Shown one piece after another: positions 1 through 9,238 of a stretch of 64,000 nucleotides of DNA. The position numbers and the translations under genes were made by a program. Each line of letters starts with the position of its first letter. Positions within the stretch are counted from its first letter, which is position 1. Where the stretch lies: NCBI GenBank assembly GCA_965209055.1, contig OZ242374.1, forward strand, positions 1,504,001-1,568,000. Direction: 5' to 3'. The stretch is from Acidobacteriota bacterium (GTDB lineage Bacteria; Acidobacteriota; UBA6911; RPQK01; JAJDTT01). Under the pieces are notes generated by a model that was not told the origin of the DNA, searched no databases, and worked only from the letters and a program-made list of their open reading frames with translations.

Positions 1-475
1 GAGGCATGGAAGCGTTCCCGTCGAATTCTTCCAACACCTGGTCCCACTGATTCTCCGCCTCGGGGACGTCGCCTACCGCCAGGACGGGAAGCGTGCACCC
101 CAGGTGTTTCCAGATCGACTCGAGCCGCGGATGGAAGCGTTCCGAGCAGATCACGAACTGGCAACCGGCGTGCTCGAGGAGATAGGCCAGGGTCTCGTCC
201 GTGTGCAGGACGTCGAAGGGCGCCATCACGGCGCCGGTGCTCTGTGCCGCCAGGAAAGCGACTCCCCACCGGGGATGGTTCTCCATGAGGATGGCCACCG
301 TGTCCCCCTCCCGGACGCCGCGGTCCTGCAGGAAAAGGGCGATGGAGGAGACTTCCCGCCCGATTCGGCGGTAGGTGAAGACTTCCCGCCCCTCGTCATT
401 GATGCCCTGCAGGGCCATCTGGTCGGGGATGGCTTCCAGGTGGCGTTCCAGCTGGCGAAAAAAGTGGAGATCCAT
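1..475 (-). CDS. AMP-binding acyl-CoA synthetase (long-chain fatty acid-CoA ligase-like), N-terminal part, runs off the window edge
   Basis: Manual translation of the minus strand: MDLHFFRQLE...FTYRRIG...GVRGGDTVAILMENHPRWGVAFLAAQSTGAVMAPFD...YLLEHAGC, typical of an ANL-family N-terminus. An alternative in-frame start lies at 502. Confidence 0.8.
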   Translation of the reverse strand, partial: MDLHFFRQLERHLEAIPDQMALQGINDEGREVFTYRRIGREVSSIALFLQDRGVREGDTVAILMENHPRWGVAFLAAQSTGAVMAPFDVLHTDETLAYLLEHAGCQFVICSERFHPRLESIWKHLGCTLPVLAVGDVPEAENQWDQVLEEFDGNASMP

Positions 476-512
476 GAGCTTCCGGACGGGTAATCGTAGC
501 ATGGACCGGTTT

Positions 513-588
513 GGAGGGCGACTATCGATCATCCATTCTCCCATTCCCCATGCGACATGGGAGTTTGGCGGCTGAAAAGCGGTGCCCG
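513..588. repeat. Degenerate REPIN-like pair (GGAG family)
   Basis: GGAGGGCGACTATCGATCATCC (513-534) and TTGGCGGCTGAAAAGCGGTGCCC (~565-588) resemble the intact REP pairs at 54273 and 62057. Confidence 0.4.
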
Positions 589-670
589 CGTGCCGCCGTT
601 TCTCAATCTTGCACTTCCCGTTTCCAGAGGAATCCGTCGGATGCCAACATCTGGGGGTGTTCTTCTTGCC

Positions 671-1114
671 TCAAACCACCTTGCGATTCGTCGACCCCTG
701 GTCCCAACGGCTTCTGGCGGCGTTTGGGGTGAGGATCGGAATGGGGAACACTGACGCTAAGGCCAGCAGTCCTCCGTCACCGGTGACCAAGGCGCCGGCA
801 TGTCCCTGCAGCGCCAGCTCGAGGAAAGGGCGGTCAAACGGGTCGCGGCATTTCGGCACGGCGGATGGGTGCGAAACGATCACCGATTCGCACCAGGGAA
901 GGTAATCGGCCAGCAGGTCTGCTTTCTCGTCGGCGTTCAGTTGGAACTTCGGATAGGAAAGCACTCGGATCAGTTCCATAGTCGTCTCTCGACTGGCGAG
1001 CGGGAGGATGGCTCCCGAATGCCACGCGCGACGCATCCAGGAGACCGATCCGGCGGGAAACGACAGAACGGAGACCAGGACATTGGTGTCGAGCACCAGC
1101 CGCGGAACAATCAT
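671..1114 (-). CDS. PIN-domain toxin (VapC-like) of a type II toxin-antitoxin system
   Basis: RLVLDTNVLVS, CRDPFDRPFLELA and LVTGD motifs. The ATG at 1114 overlaps the antitoxin stop (ATGA). Confidence 0.88.
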   Translation of the reverse strand: MIVPRLVLDTNVLVSVLSFPAGSVSWMRRAWHSGAILPLASRETTMELIRVLSYPKFQLNADEKADLLADYLPWCESVIVSHPSAVPKCRDPFDRPFLELALQGHAGALVTGDGGLLALASVFPIPILTPNAARSRWDQGSTNRKVV

Positions 1115-1335
1115 TTGCCGCGCCGCGCCCACGCCACCGCGTCGGCGACATCTGCCTTTGAGATGTTGAGTTCAGCCAGTTTGGCGCGCACGGCGCCGGC
1201 GCGAGTCAGACGGACGGGCGTGAGCACGATGCGGCCGTTTTCATTGGTCACATCGAAATACTCGGAGCCTTGGAAGTCGGCGATCACCGCCTTGGGCAAC
1301 GTCAGTTGGTTCTTGGATGTCAGTTTGGCCAGCAT
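1111..1335 (-). CDS. AbrB/MazE/SpoVT-family antitoxin
   Basis: MLAKLTSKNQLTLPK...NGRIVLTP; AGGAGG RBS; coupled to the PIN gene. Confidence 0.9.
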   Translation of the reverse strand: MLAKLTSKNQLTLPKAVIADFQGSEYFDVTNENGRIVLTPVRLTRAGAVRAKLAELNISKADVADAVAWARRGK

Positions 1336-1354
1336 CGGGCGACCTCCTGTGGCG

Positions 1355-1381
1355 AAGGTAAGGGATCAAGGAATCATTATA
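1355..1381 (-). promoter_or_regulatory. -10 box (TATAAT) and CCTT-repeat operator-like region of the AbrB/PIN operon
   Basis: The minus strand reads TATAAT (1381-1376), then GATTCCTTGATCCCTTACCTT, then the RBS. Confidence 0.45.
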
Positions 1382-1592
1382 TTCTGTTTTTTCATCTGAA
1401 AGGACAGTTTCATGCCGTCAGGCGTAAACCTCTCTTCCAGCCGTACACGCGGGCTTGTTGACGATCCTTCGCCGGGTCGGCCGCCGGAAACCAATGTCAG
1501 GGGTGACCAGTTACAATCCGTCCCCGAGAAGGGCGTCCCTTGTCCCACCGAGATTCATCAGCCTCTCTCCAATCAACTCGGCAGCGCCCTTC

Positions 1593-1973
1593 TCAACTCC
1601 TGCCGGGATAAAGCACCACGGTGAAATCGAAGCGGTCCAGAACTCCATGGACCTTTTCCAAGGTCCGGAGAGGGTCCGCCGGAGCCGGCGCTTGATCTAC
1701 GGCTCTTCGCACCAGATCGGAGTTGGTGGTGAGCCGCCGCGCGGCCAAGTCGACTTCCACCCAATGAGCCGCCCGGCGCCGGGGCGGGCCGGCGCCGATC
1801 TGCAACGTATAGCCCAGCAACTTCAAGACCGCCGTGGCCGGATCGGAAGCTTCCAGGACGTCGTCCAGGTAGCGGAGCAGATCCACTGCCAGCCAGCCGT
1901 TCCGGGGAAATGTCAGGGTGTACCAGGTCCCTTCCAGCCTGAAGCCGAGGGAACCGGTGTCTCTTGGGTCCAC
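1593..1973 (-). CDS. Hypothetical protein
   Basis: ORF with globular-looking composition. The GTG at 1973 lies 6 nt below TACACT (possible leaderless start). Divergent from coxB. Confidence 0.55.
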   Translation of the reverse strand: MDPRDTGSLGFRLEGTWYTLTFPRNGWLAVDLLRYLDDVLEASDPATAVLKLLGYTLQIGAGPPRRRAAHWVEVDLAARRLTTNSDLVRRAVDQAPAPADPLRTLEKVHGVLDRFDFTVVLYPGRS

Positions 1974-2058
1974 CCCGCCAGTGTAGTGACCCGTCCGGCT
2001 TCCGGGAAGGCATTGAGAGCTTCTCCGGCTCCCGGATTCCCTTTCCACGATTCACGTC

Positions 2059-2086
2059 TTGAATCTGTTTAGGCAGTTGGTACAAT
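2059..2086 (+). promoter_or_regulatory. Sigma70-type promoter of the cox operon
   Basis: TTGAAT-N16-TACAAT with an extended -10 TG at 2078-2079. Confidence 0.55.
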
Positions 2087-2112
2087 GGCGACGATTTTTG
2101 GAGGCGTGACGC

Positions 2113-2898
2113 ATGATATTGGCGGTGACGATCTGGCTCATCACGATAGTTTCCACGGTGCTGATGGTCGGCAAGTACTGGTGGTTCCCCGAAGTGGCGT
2201 CGGCGCATGGCGGCGACCTGGACCGGCAGTTCATGGTGACTCTGGTGGTGACCGGAGTCGTCTTCATCCTGGCCCAGGTGGGGCTCGGCTACGCCATTGC
2301 GCGCTATCGGGACGGGGCGGGAAGGGTCGCCAACTACACCCACGGGAACGAAAAGCTCGAGGTGATCTGGGTCGTGGCCACCACCGTGGTCTTTTTCGCC
2401 ATGGTGATTCCGGGCCAGAGCATCTGGGCCGACCTCTATCTCTCCGAAGCCCCCGAGGACGCCGTCCGCATCGAGGTGACCGGGCAACAGTTTGCCTGGA
2501 ACATCAGGTATCCCGGCCCCGACGGTGAGTTCGGGAGGGTGGCTCCGGACCTGATCGATGACGAAGGGGGCAATCCGCTGGGATTGGACCTGTCCGATAA
2601 GGCCGCCCAGGACGACCTGGTGGTTCCCATCATGGCGGTCCCGCTGGGCAAGCCGATCGAATTGCTCCTGCGCTCCAAGGACGTGACTCACGCCTTTTCG
2701 GTGCGGGAGTTGCGGGTCAAGCAGGACCTGGTCCCGGGACTGCTCATCCCCGTCCAGTTCACGGCCACCCGGACCGGCCGATGGGAGATCGCCTGCGCCG
2801 AGCTGTGCGGGCTGCAGCATTACAACATGCGGAGTTTCCTGGAGGTGCTTCCGGAGGCGGACTTCGCCCAGTGGCTGAAGGACCAGGCTGAAGAATAG
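2113..2898 (+). CDS. coxB: Cytochrome c oxidase subunit II
   Basis: TM helices, GQQFAWNIRY, and CuA ligands DVTH...CAELCGLQHYNM. No fused cytochrome c domain. Confidence 0.95.
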   Translation: MILAVTIWLITIVSTVLMVGKYWWFPEVASAHGGDLDRQFMVTLVVTGVVFILAQVGLGYAIARYRDGAGRVANYTHGNEKLEVIWVVATTVVFFAMVIPGQSIWADLYLSEAPEDAVRIEVTGQQFAWNIRYPGPDGEFGRVAPDLIDDEGGNPLGLDLSDKAAQDDLVVPIMAVPLGKPIELLLRSKDVTHAFSVRELRVKQDLVPGLLIPVQFTATRTGRWEIACAELCGLQHYNMRSFLEVLPEADFAQWLKDQAEE

Positions 2899-2929
2899 GG
2901 TTTTCGGAAACGCAGGGAGTGTGACCGAT

Positions 2930-4708
2930 ATGGCAGAAGAGGTTCAGACGCACGCCGCTCATCACGAAGCGCCGTCAGGCTGGGTTCGAAAGTATGTCTT
3001 CAGCATCGACCACAAGGTGATCGGGATCCAGTACTACCTGCTGGCTCTGTTCTCGGTTCTGGTGGGAGTGGGCCTGTCGGTGCTGATTCGCTTGAATCTG
3101 GCGTGGCCGGGCACCGAGATTTCCATTCTGGGCACCCTCTTTCCGGAGGGGGCGCCGGGCGGAATCATGACGCCGGAGTTCTACTTGGCCATGCTCACCA
3201 TGCATGGGACCATCATGGTCTTCTTCGTTCTGACCACGGCGCCTCAGGGGGGATTCGGGAACTATTTCCTGCCCATCCAGATCGGTGCCGACGACATGGC
3301 CTTTCCCGTATTGAACATGCTCTCGTTCTGGGTCACTTTCCTGGCCCTGGCCGTTCTCATGGCTGCTTTCTTCGTGGAGGGAGGGGCCCCCATCTCGGGA
3401 TGGACGGCCTATCCTCCGCTGAGCGCGCTGGGGGAGATTGCCGGACCGGGGCTGGGAACGGGACAGAGCCTGTGGGTGGTGAGCATCGCCCTGTTCTGCG
3501 TGGCCTCGCTGCTGGGCGCACTGAACTTCATCACCACCACCATCGACATGCGGGCCAAGGGCATGACCATGATGCGTCTGCCGTTGACGGTCTGGGGCTG
3601 GTTCGTCACCGCCATCCTGGGTTTGCTGGCCTTTGGCGTCCTGCTGGCCGCAGGGGTTCTCCTGCTCCTGGACCGTTGGGCCGGGACCAGTTTCTTCATT
3701 CCCGGCGGACTGGTGGTAAGTGACCAGGCCATCGATCACACGGGCGGGTCGCCGCTGCTCTGGCAGCATCTGTTCTGGTTCTTCGGACATCCGGAAGTCT
3801 ACATCGCCATCCTTCCGGGAATGGGCGCCGTCTCGCACATCCTGGCCACTTTCGCCCGCAAGCCGGTGTTCGGCTACAAGGCCATGGCCTTCGCCATCAT
3901 CGGCATCGGCGCGGTCAGCTTCATCGTCTGGGGCCACCACATGTTCCTGAGCGGGATGAGCCCCTACACCGCCATCGTCTTCTCGCTGACCACCACGGCT
4001 GTGGCCGTGCCCTCGGCCATCAAGACGTTCAATTGGCTGGGCACCCTCTGGGGAGGGCGGATCCAATTGACGACCGCCATGCTCTATGCCCTGGGTTTCG
4101 TTTCCCTGTTCGTGAGCGGAGGCGTGACCGGTCTCTTCCTGAACCAGCCCGCGGTGGACGTCTATCTCCACGACACCTACTTCGTGGTGGGTCACTTCCA
4201 CATGATCATGGGAGTGGCCGCCATCTTCGGCATCTTCGCCGCCACCTACTACTGGTTCTCCAAGATGTTCGGGCGCCACCTCAACGAGTTCTGGGGCAAG
4301 GTCCACTTCTGGATCACCTTCGTCGGGGTCTACTGCATCTTCATGCCCATGCACAACCTGGGAATCGGAGGGCAACCACGCAGATACGCCGAGCTGACCG
4401 CCTTCGACTTTCTACAGCCACTGGTTTCGTTGCAGCAGTTCATCTCGGTGGCCGCCTTCATCACGGCTGCCGCCCAGATCATCTTCGTGGCCAATTTCCT
4501 CTACAGCCTTTTCAAGGGCCGGGTAGCGGAAATGAACCCCTGGCGGGCAACCACCATCGAGTGGGAAGTTCCGTCTCCTCCGCCCCATGACAACTTCGCC
4601 GGCAAGTTTCCGGTCGTGCATCGCGGCCCCTACGAGTACAGCGTCCCGGGCGCCGAGGAAGACTTCGTCCCACAAACCGCACCCGACGCGCGCGGGTCCA
4701 CCGGCTAA
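2930..4708 (+). CDS. coxA: Cytochrome c oxidase subunit I, A1 type
   Basis: DHKVIG, MHGTIM, WFFGHPEVYI, VWGHHM, HDTYFVVGHFH, GQPRRY; D-channel (DMAFP) and K-channel (AIKTF) residues present. Confidence 0.97.
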   Translation: MAEEVQTHAAHHEAPSGWVRKYVFSIDHKVIGIQYYLLALFSVLVGVGLSVLIRLNLAWPGTEISILGTLFPEGAPGGIMTPEFYLAMLTMHGTIMVFFVLTTAPQGGFGNYFLPIQIGADDMAFPVLNMLSFWVTFLALAVLMAAFFVEGGAPISGWTAYPPLSALGEIAGPGLGTGQSLWVVSIALFCVASLLGALNFITTTIDMRAKGMTMMRLPLTVWGWFVTAILGLLAFGVLLAAGVLLLLDRWAGTSFFIPGGLVVSDQAIDHTGGSPLLWQHLFWFFGHPEVYIAILPGMGAVSHILATFARKPVFGYKAMAFAIIGIGAVSFIVWGHHMFLSGMSPYTAIVFSLTTTAVAVPSAIKTFNWLGTLWGGRIQLTTAMLYALGFVSLFVSGGVTGLFLNQPAVDVYLHDTYFVVGHFHMIMGVAAIFGIFAATYYWFSKMFGRHLNEFWGKVHFWITFVGVYCIFMPMHNLGIGGQPRRYAELTAFDFLQPLVSLQQFISVAAFITAAAQIIFVANFLYSLFKGRVAEMNPWRATTIEWEVPSPPPHDNFAGKFPVVHRGPYEYSVPGAEEDFVPQTAPDARGSTG

Positions 4709-4711
4709 AAG

Positions 4712-5380
4712 ATGGCAATCGTCGCACCACCTCCCACTTCCAAGACCGGCGGCCGCGAGTTGGGCTCCGAGGGTCCCCTTCTGCCCGGAGCGCCGGCCTT
4801 GCCCACGGGACCCGGCGGCTGGGGCGATTCCTGGGGAGAACGTCCCGGAGTCCCCGAGCGCCGCTACTACACCGGGATGCTGGTGCTCATGGCGGGCGTG
4901 ACCATGTTGTTCGCCGCCTTCACCAGCGCCTACATCGTGCGCAAGGGAATCTCGGACGATTGGCTTCCAACGGCCATTCCCGCCCTGGTCTGGGTGAACA
5001 CGGCTCTGCTGCTGGCCAGCAGCCTCACGCTGGAAAGGGCCCGGCGAGTCTACGGCGACACGGCCGCCGTGGCCCGATGGTGGCTGGCGACCACAGGCCT
5101 CGGCGTTGTCTTTTTGCTGGGGCAGCTCGTGGTCTGGCAGCAACTGGCGGGTGCCGGCATCTATCTGCGAACCAATCCCAGCAGCGCCTTCTTCTACATC
5201 TTGACCGGCGCCCACGGTGTCCATCTTCTGGGCGGTGTGGCGGCGTTGGTCTATTGGTCCCGGAGACTATTGCAGGATCGCCCGCCGACCCGCACGGTTC
5301 TCAACGTCACGGCCATCTACTGGCATTTTCTGGATGGGCTCTGGGTCTATCTTCTGTTGTTCATTTTGTTCTGGAGGTAA
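4712..5380 (+). CDS. coxC: Cytochrome c oxidase subunit III (first copy)
   Basis: VNTALLLASS, FFYILTGAHGVH, YWHFLDGLW. Confidence 0.9.
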   Translation: MAIVAPPPTSKTGGRELGSEGPLLPGAPALPTGPGGWGDSWGERPGVPERRYYTGMLVLMAGVTMLFAAFTSAYIVRKGISDDWLPTAIPALVWVNTALLLASSLTLERARRVYGDTAAVARWWLATTGLGVVFLLGQLVVWQQLAGAGIYLRTNPSSAFFYILTGAHGVHLLGGVAALVYWSRRLLQDRPPTRTVLNVTAIYWHFLDGLWVYLLLFILFWR

Positions 5381-5383
5381 TGG

Positions 5384-6007
5384 ATGGCTCAGCAGGCACA
5401 CGACGCGAGCATTTCCGATTGGGCGGGAGGAAAATCTCCCTTCGCCATCGGCTCCAAGAAGCTGGGGATGTGGCTTTTCATCCTCTCCGACACCTTGACC
5501 TTCACGGCGTTGCTGGTGGCCTACACTTACGTCCGAGTCGCGAATGAAGGCTGGCCCCGGCCCTTCGATACATCCAGCATCGCGCTGGCTTCGGTCATGA
5601 CCTTCTGCCTGCTCTCCAGTTCGCTGACCATGGTCCTGGCCGTCGCCGCCGCTCATCGGGGCGACCAGTCGACTGCGGCGAATTGGATCTGGGCCACCAT
5701 TGCGGGAGGGCTGGCCTTTATCGTGCTCCATGGCTACGAATGGATGCAGTTGATCGAACATGGCGTCACTCCGTTCAACAACCCATGGGGTGTTCCGCTG
5801 TTCGGCGCCACCTTCTTCACGCTGACCGGGCTCCACATGACACACGTGACCGCCGGCGTCATCTATCTGGGGATCGTGGCATGGGGTTTCAAGGGTGGCC
5901 GTTTCGACTCCGAGGACGTGGAGGTGAGCGGGCTCTACTGGCATTTCGTGGACTTGGTGTGGATGTTCATATTCCCCTTGGTCTACCTGTTGTCCAACGT
6001 AATCTGA
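5384..6007 (+). CDS. coxC: Cytochrome c oxidase subunit III (second copy)
   Basis: KLGMWLFILSD, FFTLTGLHMTHV, GLYWHFVDLVW. Confidence 0.92.
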   Translation: MAQQAHDASISDWAGGKSPFAIGSKKLGMWLFILSDTLTFTALLVAYTYVRVANEGWPRPFDTSSIALASVMTFCLLSSSLTMVLAVAAAHRGDQSTAANWIWATIAGGLAFIVLHGYEWMQLIEHGVTPFNNPWGVPLFGATFFTLTGLHMTHVTAGVIYLGIVAWGFKGGRFDSEDVEVSGLYWHFVDLVWMFIFPLVYLLSNVI

Positions 6008-6028
6008 GATCCGGAGAAAGGTGAGTCC

Positions 6029-6325
6029 ATGAGTGACGAACATTCCCACAATCGGCTCTATCTGACGGTCTGGGTGGTGCTCCTGGTGGTGACCGTCGTG
6101 GAGGTGGTGCTGGCGTATGTCAACCTCTCGGTCATGCTCATGTTGTCCACGCTGGTGATCCTTTCCTTCTTCAAGGCGGGTCTCATCGTGGCCTACTTCA
6201 TGCACCTGCGTTACGAGCGGTTCAGCCTCTTCGTGACCTTGATCCCCATGTTGCTGATCTGCGTCATTCTGATGTTCGGGTTTCCGCTTCCGGACGCCCC
6301 CCGGGTACTGGAGTTGAAGCCGTAG
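6029..6325 (+). CDS. Cytochrome c oxidase subunit IV family protein
   Basis: Three TM helices with KAGLIVAYFMHLRYE. Confidence 0.88.
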   Translation: MSDEHSHNRLYLTVWVVLLVVTVVEVVLAYVNLSVMLMLSTLVILSFFKAGLIVAYFMHLRYERFSLFVTLIPMLLICVILMFGFPLPDAPRVLELKP

Positions 6326-6567
6326 TGAACGGACACCGGGAGGGAACAGTCCGGTTCTTGCGCCGAGCGGCGGTGAGCTTGGTGGGCCTCCAACTGTTTG
6401 GCGGGACGGGGACGGGGCTGATGGCCCAAGGTTGCGCCATGTGCAAGAGTTCGGCCCAGGTACTGGGTCAGTTCTCGACGTTGAATGCCGGGATCCTGGT
6501 GCTCGGAGTGCCGCCCGTGATGATCCTGGCCCTGTTTCTTTACCTGGCCTTTCGTCAACGGCCCTGA
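6325..6567 (+). CDS. Small membrane protein with an AQGCAMC (CxxC) motif
   Basis: Signal-like N-terminus, CAMC, LNAGILVL, C-terminal TM helix; overlaps the subunit IV stop. Confidence 0.7.
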   Translation: MNGHREGTVRFLRRAAVSLVGLQLFGGTGTGLMAQGCAMCKSSAQVLGQFSTLNAGILVLGVPPVMILALFLYLAFRQRP

Positions 6568-6629
6568 CGCCCGCCAAACGCTCCCGCCGACAGGCATGGG
6601 CGCTTGGCTGAGACCGCGCCGCGGCGCCC

Positions 6630-6659
6630 TTGACAAGGTCCGGCGGAAGGTGTTTTAAC
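6630..6659 (+). promoter_or_regulatory. Putative internal promoter for the Rieske/cyt b genes
   Basis: Perfect TTGACA (6630-6635) and TGtTTTAAC (6651-6659) in a ~170 bp intergenic gap. Confidence 0.5.
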
Positions 6660-6735
6660 AGTTCGGGAACGGTTCGGGAGAGCGGCCCCGAACAGGGTCG
6701 AATCATTGTTCTGAAAACTGCGGGTTTTATTGAGA

Positions 6736-7263
6736 ATGCCTGTACGAAAAGTGAGTCGGGCGAATACGGATGAAAAGAGCGAGAGGCGCCTGATCCGGCG
6801 GCGCAAGTTCGCCTTTGCCAGCATATTCGCCTTTTTGACCGCCAACTTCTTCATGACTTTGCGCTTCTTCTTTCCGCGCACCCTGTTTGAGCCGAAGACC
6901 TCCTTCAAGGTGGGCTATCCCACCGATTTCGGCTTCGGCGTGGACACGCGGTTTCAGCAGAAATACCGCATCTGGGTGGTGCGCAACGCCGAGGGCATCT
7001 TCGTCATTTCCGCTATCTGCACTCATCTGGGCTGTACTCCGGACTGGGTCGAGAGCGAGCAGAAATTCAAATGCCCCTGTCACGGCAGTGGTTATGACAG
7101 CGAAGGCAGGAACTTCGAAGGTCCGGCCCCGCGCCCCATGGACCGGGCACACGTGGAATTGGCCCCGGACGGACAGATCCTGGTGGACGTGAGCCGGATC
7201 TACAAGTGTCCGCCGGGAGCGCCGTGCGAGTTCCGGGAAGACGGGTCGTATCTGCCGGTCTGA
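6736..7263 (+). CDS. qcrA: Rieske [2Fe-2S] subunit of a Rieske/cytochrome b complex
   Basis: CTHLGC and CPCHGSGY boxes, GPAPRP, twin-Arg-like IRRRKF before the TM helix. Confidence 0.93.
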   Translation: MPVRKVSRANTDEKSERRLIRRRKFAFASIFAFLTANFFMTLRFFFPRTLFEPKTSFKVGYPTDFGFGVDTRFQQKYRIWVVRNAEGIFVISAICTHLGCTPDWVESEQKFKCPCHGSGYDSEGRNFEGPAPRPMDRAHVELAPDGQILVDVSRIYKCPPGAPCEFREDGSYLPV

Positions 7264-7313
7264 TCCCGGTTTCAGAGTCAGTCGAGCCGTTGGAGATCTG
7301 AGCGAGGAAGACC

Positions 7314-8243
7314 ATGGTCCAGAAAAAGCGGGGAGATGTGGAGCCGCCCCCCCCTCCGGGAAAGCTCAAGTCGCTCCTCAACAAAGTCCAGACCGTCCTG
7401 GATCCCTACATCGGAACTTTCGTCGACAAAGGGAAGGATGATGTCAAGGCAATCCGGCAGTACAAGGGGAGTCAGCTCTGGAAGTCGGTCTTTCGTCACA
7501 AGCTGGACGACACCCCCCGCAACCGTTCGCTGGCGGTTCTGACCAACGTTTTTCTGCACCTGCATCCTGCCAAGATCAACCGGGACGCCGTCCGCTTCCG
7601 GTTCACCTGGGGCATGGGCGGACTCTCTTTCTACCTCTTCCTGGTCCTGACCATCACCGGCATCTTCCTCATGTTCTACTACCATCCCACCAAGGGCCAG
7701 GCGTACGCGGACATCATGTTCCTGCACAACGACGTCCCCTTCGGCGGCTTGCTGCGGAACATGCATCGCTGGGCCGCCCACTTGATGATCCTGACGGTGT
7801 GGCTCCACATGTTTCGGGTATTTTTGACCGGCTCGTACAAGTCGCCGCGGGAGTTCAACTGGACCGTCGGCGTGATCTGCCTGGTATTGACCCTGCTCCT
7901 CTCCTTCACCGGCTACCTGTTGCCGGACGACCAGTTGGGTTTCTGGGCGGTCACGGTGGGGACCAACATGGCCCGCGCCACGCCCCTGCTGGGGCACGAA
8001 GGCCCCTTCGGCCCCGAGTTGGGGATTACCGCCTACAACGACGTAAGGTTTGCCTTGCTGGGTGGGTCCATCGTGGACGCCAACGCCCTCTTGCGGGCCT
8101 ATATCTGGCATTGCATCGCCATCCCCTTCTTGCTGGTGGCATTTTTGGCCGTCCATTTCTGGCGGGTGCGAAAGGACGGAAGCATCTCCGGCCCGGCCCC
8201 GGTCATGCTGGAATCGGAGATCAAGCGCGTCAGGAGGAGGTGA
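7314..8243 (+). CDS. qcrB: Cytochrome b, N-terminal (b6-like) subunit
   Basis: RNMHRWAAH...LHMFRVF, SFTGYLLP, H-x14-H in helix D; four TM helices only. Confidence 0.93.
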   Translation: MVQKKRGDVEPPPPPGKLKSLLNKVQTVLDPYIGTFVDKGKDDVKAIRQYKGSQLWKSVFRHKLDDTPRNRSLAVLTNVFLHLHPAKINRDAVRFRFTWGMGGLSFYLFLVLTITGIFLMFYYHPTKGQAYADIMFLHNDVPFGGLLRNMHRWAAHLMILTVWLHMFRVFLTGSYKSPREFNWTVGVICLVLTLLLSFTGYLLPDDQLGFWAVTVGTNMARATPLLGHEGPFGPELGITAYNDVRFALLGGSIVDANALLRAYIWHCIAIPFLLVAFLAVHFWRVRKDGSISGPAPVMLESEIKRVRRR

Positions 8244-8302
8244 GCTCTCCTGCGGGCAGACCCTGTTGCGGGCTGCCGGCCGGGTGATGCGAGGACATTG
8301 AC

Positions 8303-9238
8303 ATGGATTGGTACCAACTCTGGGAGATCGTCTCCCTGCCCGACAACATTCCCATCGTGGCCATGATCGTGCTGGTCCCCTTCTTCACCTGGTACGCGTT
8401 CCGGCAAGCGTTTGCGACCGACCGGTTGATCGTGCAGTTGGAGGCCGACCCCAAGGCGGCCCGCGGCCACTACCGCAAGATCGAGCCGTTTCGGAAAGGT
8501 TGGCAGCAGAAGCTCCATGTCTGGCCCTACCTGCTGCGGGTGGAATTGTTGGCCACCGTGATCGTCACCGTGATCCTGATGGTCTGGTCCATCACCCTCA
8601 ACGCCCCGTTGGAGGCGCCGGCCAATCCCAACCTCACAATGAACCCGTCCAAGGCGCCGTGGTATTTCCTGGGCCTGCAGGAGATGTTGGTCTATTTCGA
8701 CCCATGGATCGCCGGGGTCCTGATGCCGACCCTCATCATCATCGGGCTGATGGCCATCCCCTACATCGACAAGAATCCTCTGGGGAATGGCTACTACACG
8801 TTCCGGCAGAGGAAATTCGCCATCCTGGCCTTCTGTTTCGGTTTTCTGGTTCTGTGGAGCGTCATGATCGTCATCGGGACCTTCATCCGGGGGCCGGGGT
8901 GGATGTGGTTCTGGCCCGGGGCCACCTGGGACCACCACCGCCTGGTCTTCGAGACCAACCGGGATCTGCATGAGTTGCTGGGCATCACCCAGCAGCCATA
9001 CGTTGCCGTCGTGGGCGCCGTCGCCATCGGCGTCTACCTGGTGGTCTTCGGTTTCCTCCTCCACAAGTTGATCCTGTCCACCGAGTTCAATCGGAAGATC
9101 TACGCCAGGATGACCCTGATCCAGTACGTCCTTCTCCAGTCCCTGCTCCTGATCATGGTGGCGTTGCCGGTCAAGATCATTCTGCGGCTGGTATTCCGCA
9201 TAAAAAATATCTGGGTGACCCCATGGTTCAACGTTTGA
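8303..9238 (+). CDS. Cytochrome b C-terminal / subunit IV-like protein with extra TM helices
   Basis: HVWPYLL, APLEAPANP, NPSKAPWYFLGLQE (PEWY-equivalent), IPYID. Confidence 0.88.
   Translation: MDWYQLWEIVSLPDNIPIVAMIVLVPFFTWYAFRQAFATDRLIVQLEADPKAARGHYRKIEPFRKGWQQKLHVWPYLLRVELLATVIVTVILMVWSITLNAPLEAPANPNLTMNPSKAPWYFLGLQEMLVYFDPWIAGVLMPTLIIIGLMAIPYIDKNPLGNGYYTFRQRKFAILAFCFGFLVLWSVMIVIGTFIRGPGWMWFWPGATWDHHRLVFETNRDLHELLGITQQPYVAVVGAVAIGVYLVVFGFLLHKLILSTEFNRKIYARMTLIQYVLLQSLLLIMVALPVKIILRLVFRIKNIWVTPWFNV

Noticed and set aside
4712-6007. Two subunit III genes as a recent duplication
   Set aside because: The two are highly divergent, and paired short subunit III genes are a known arrangement in several phyla.
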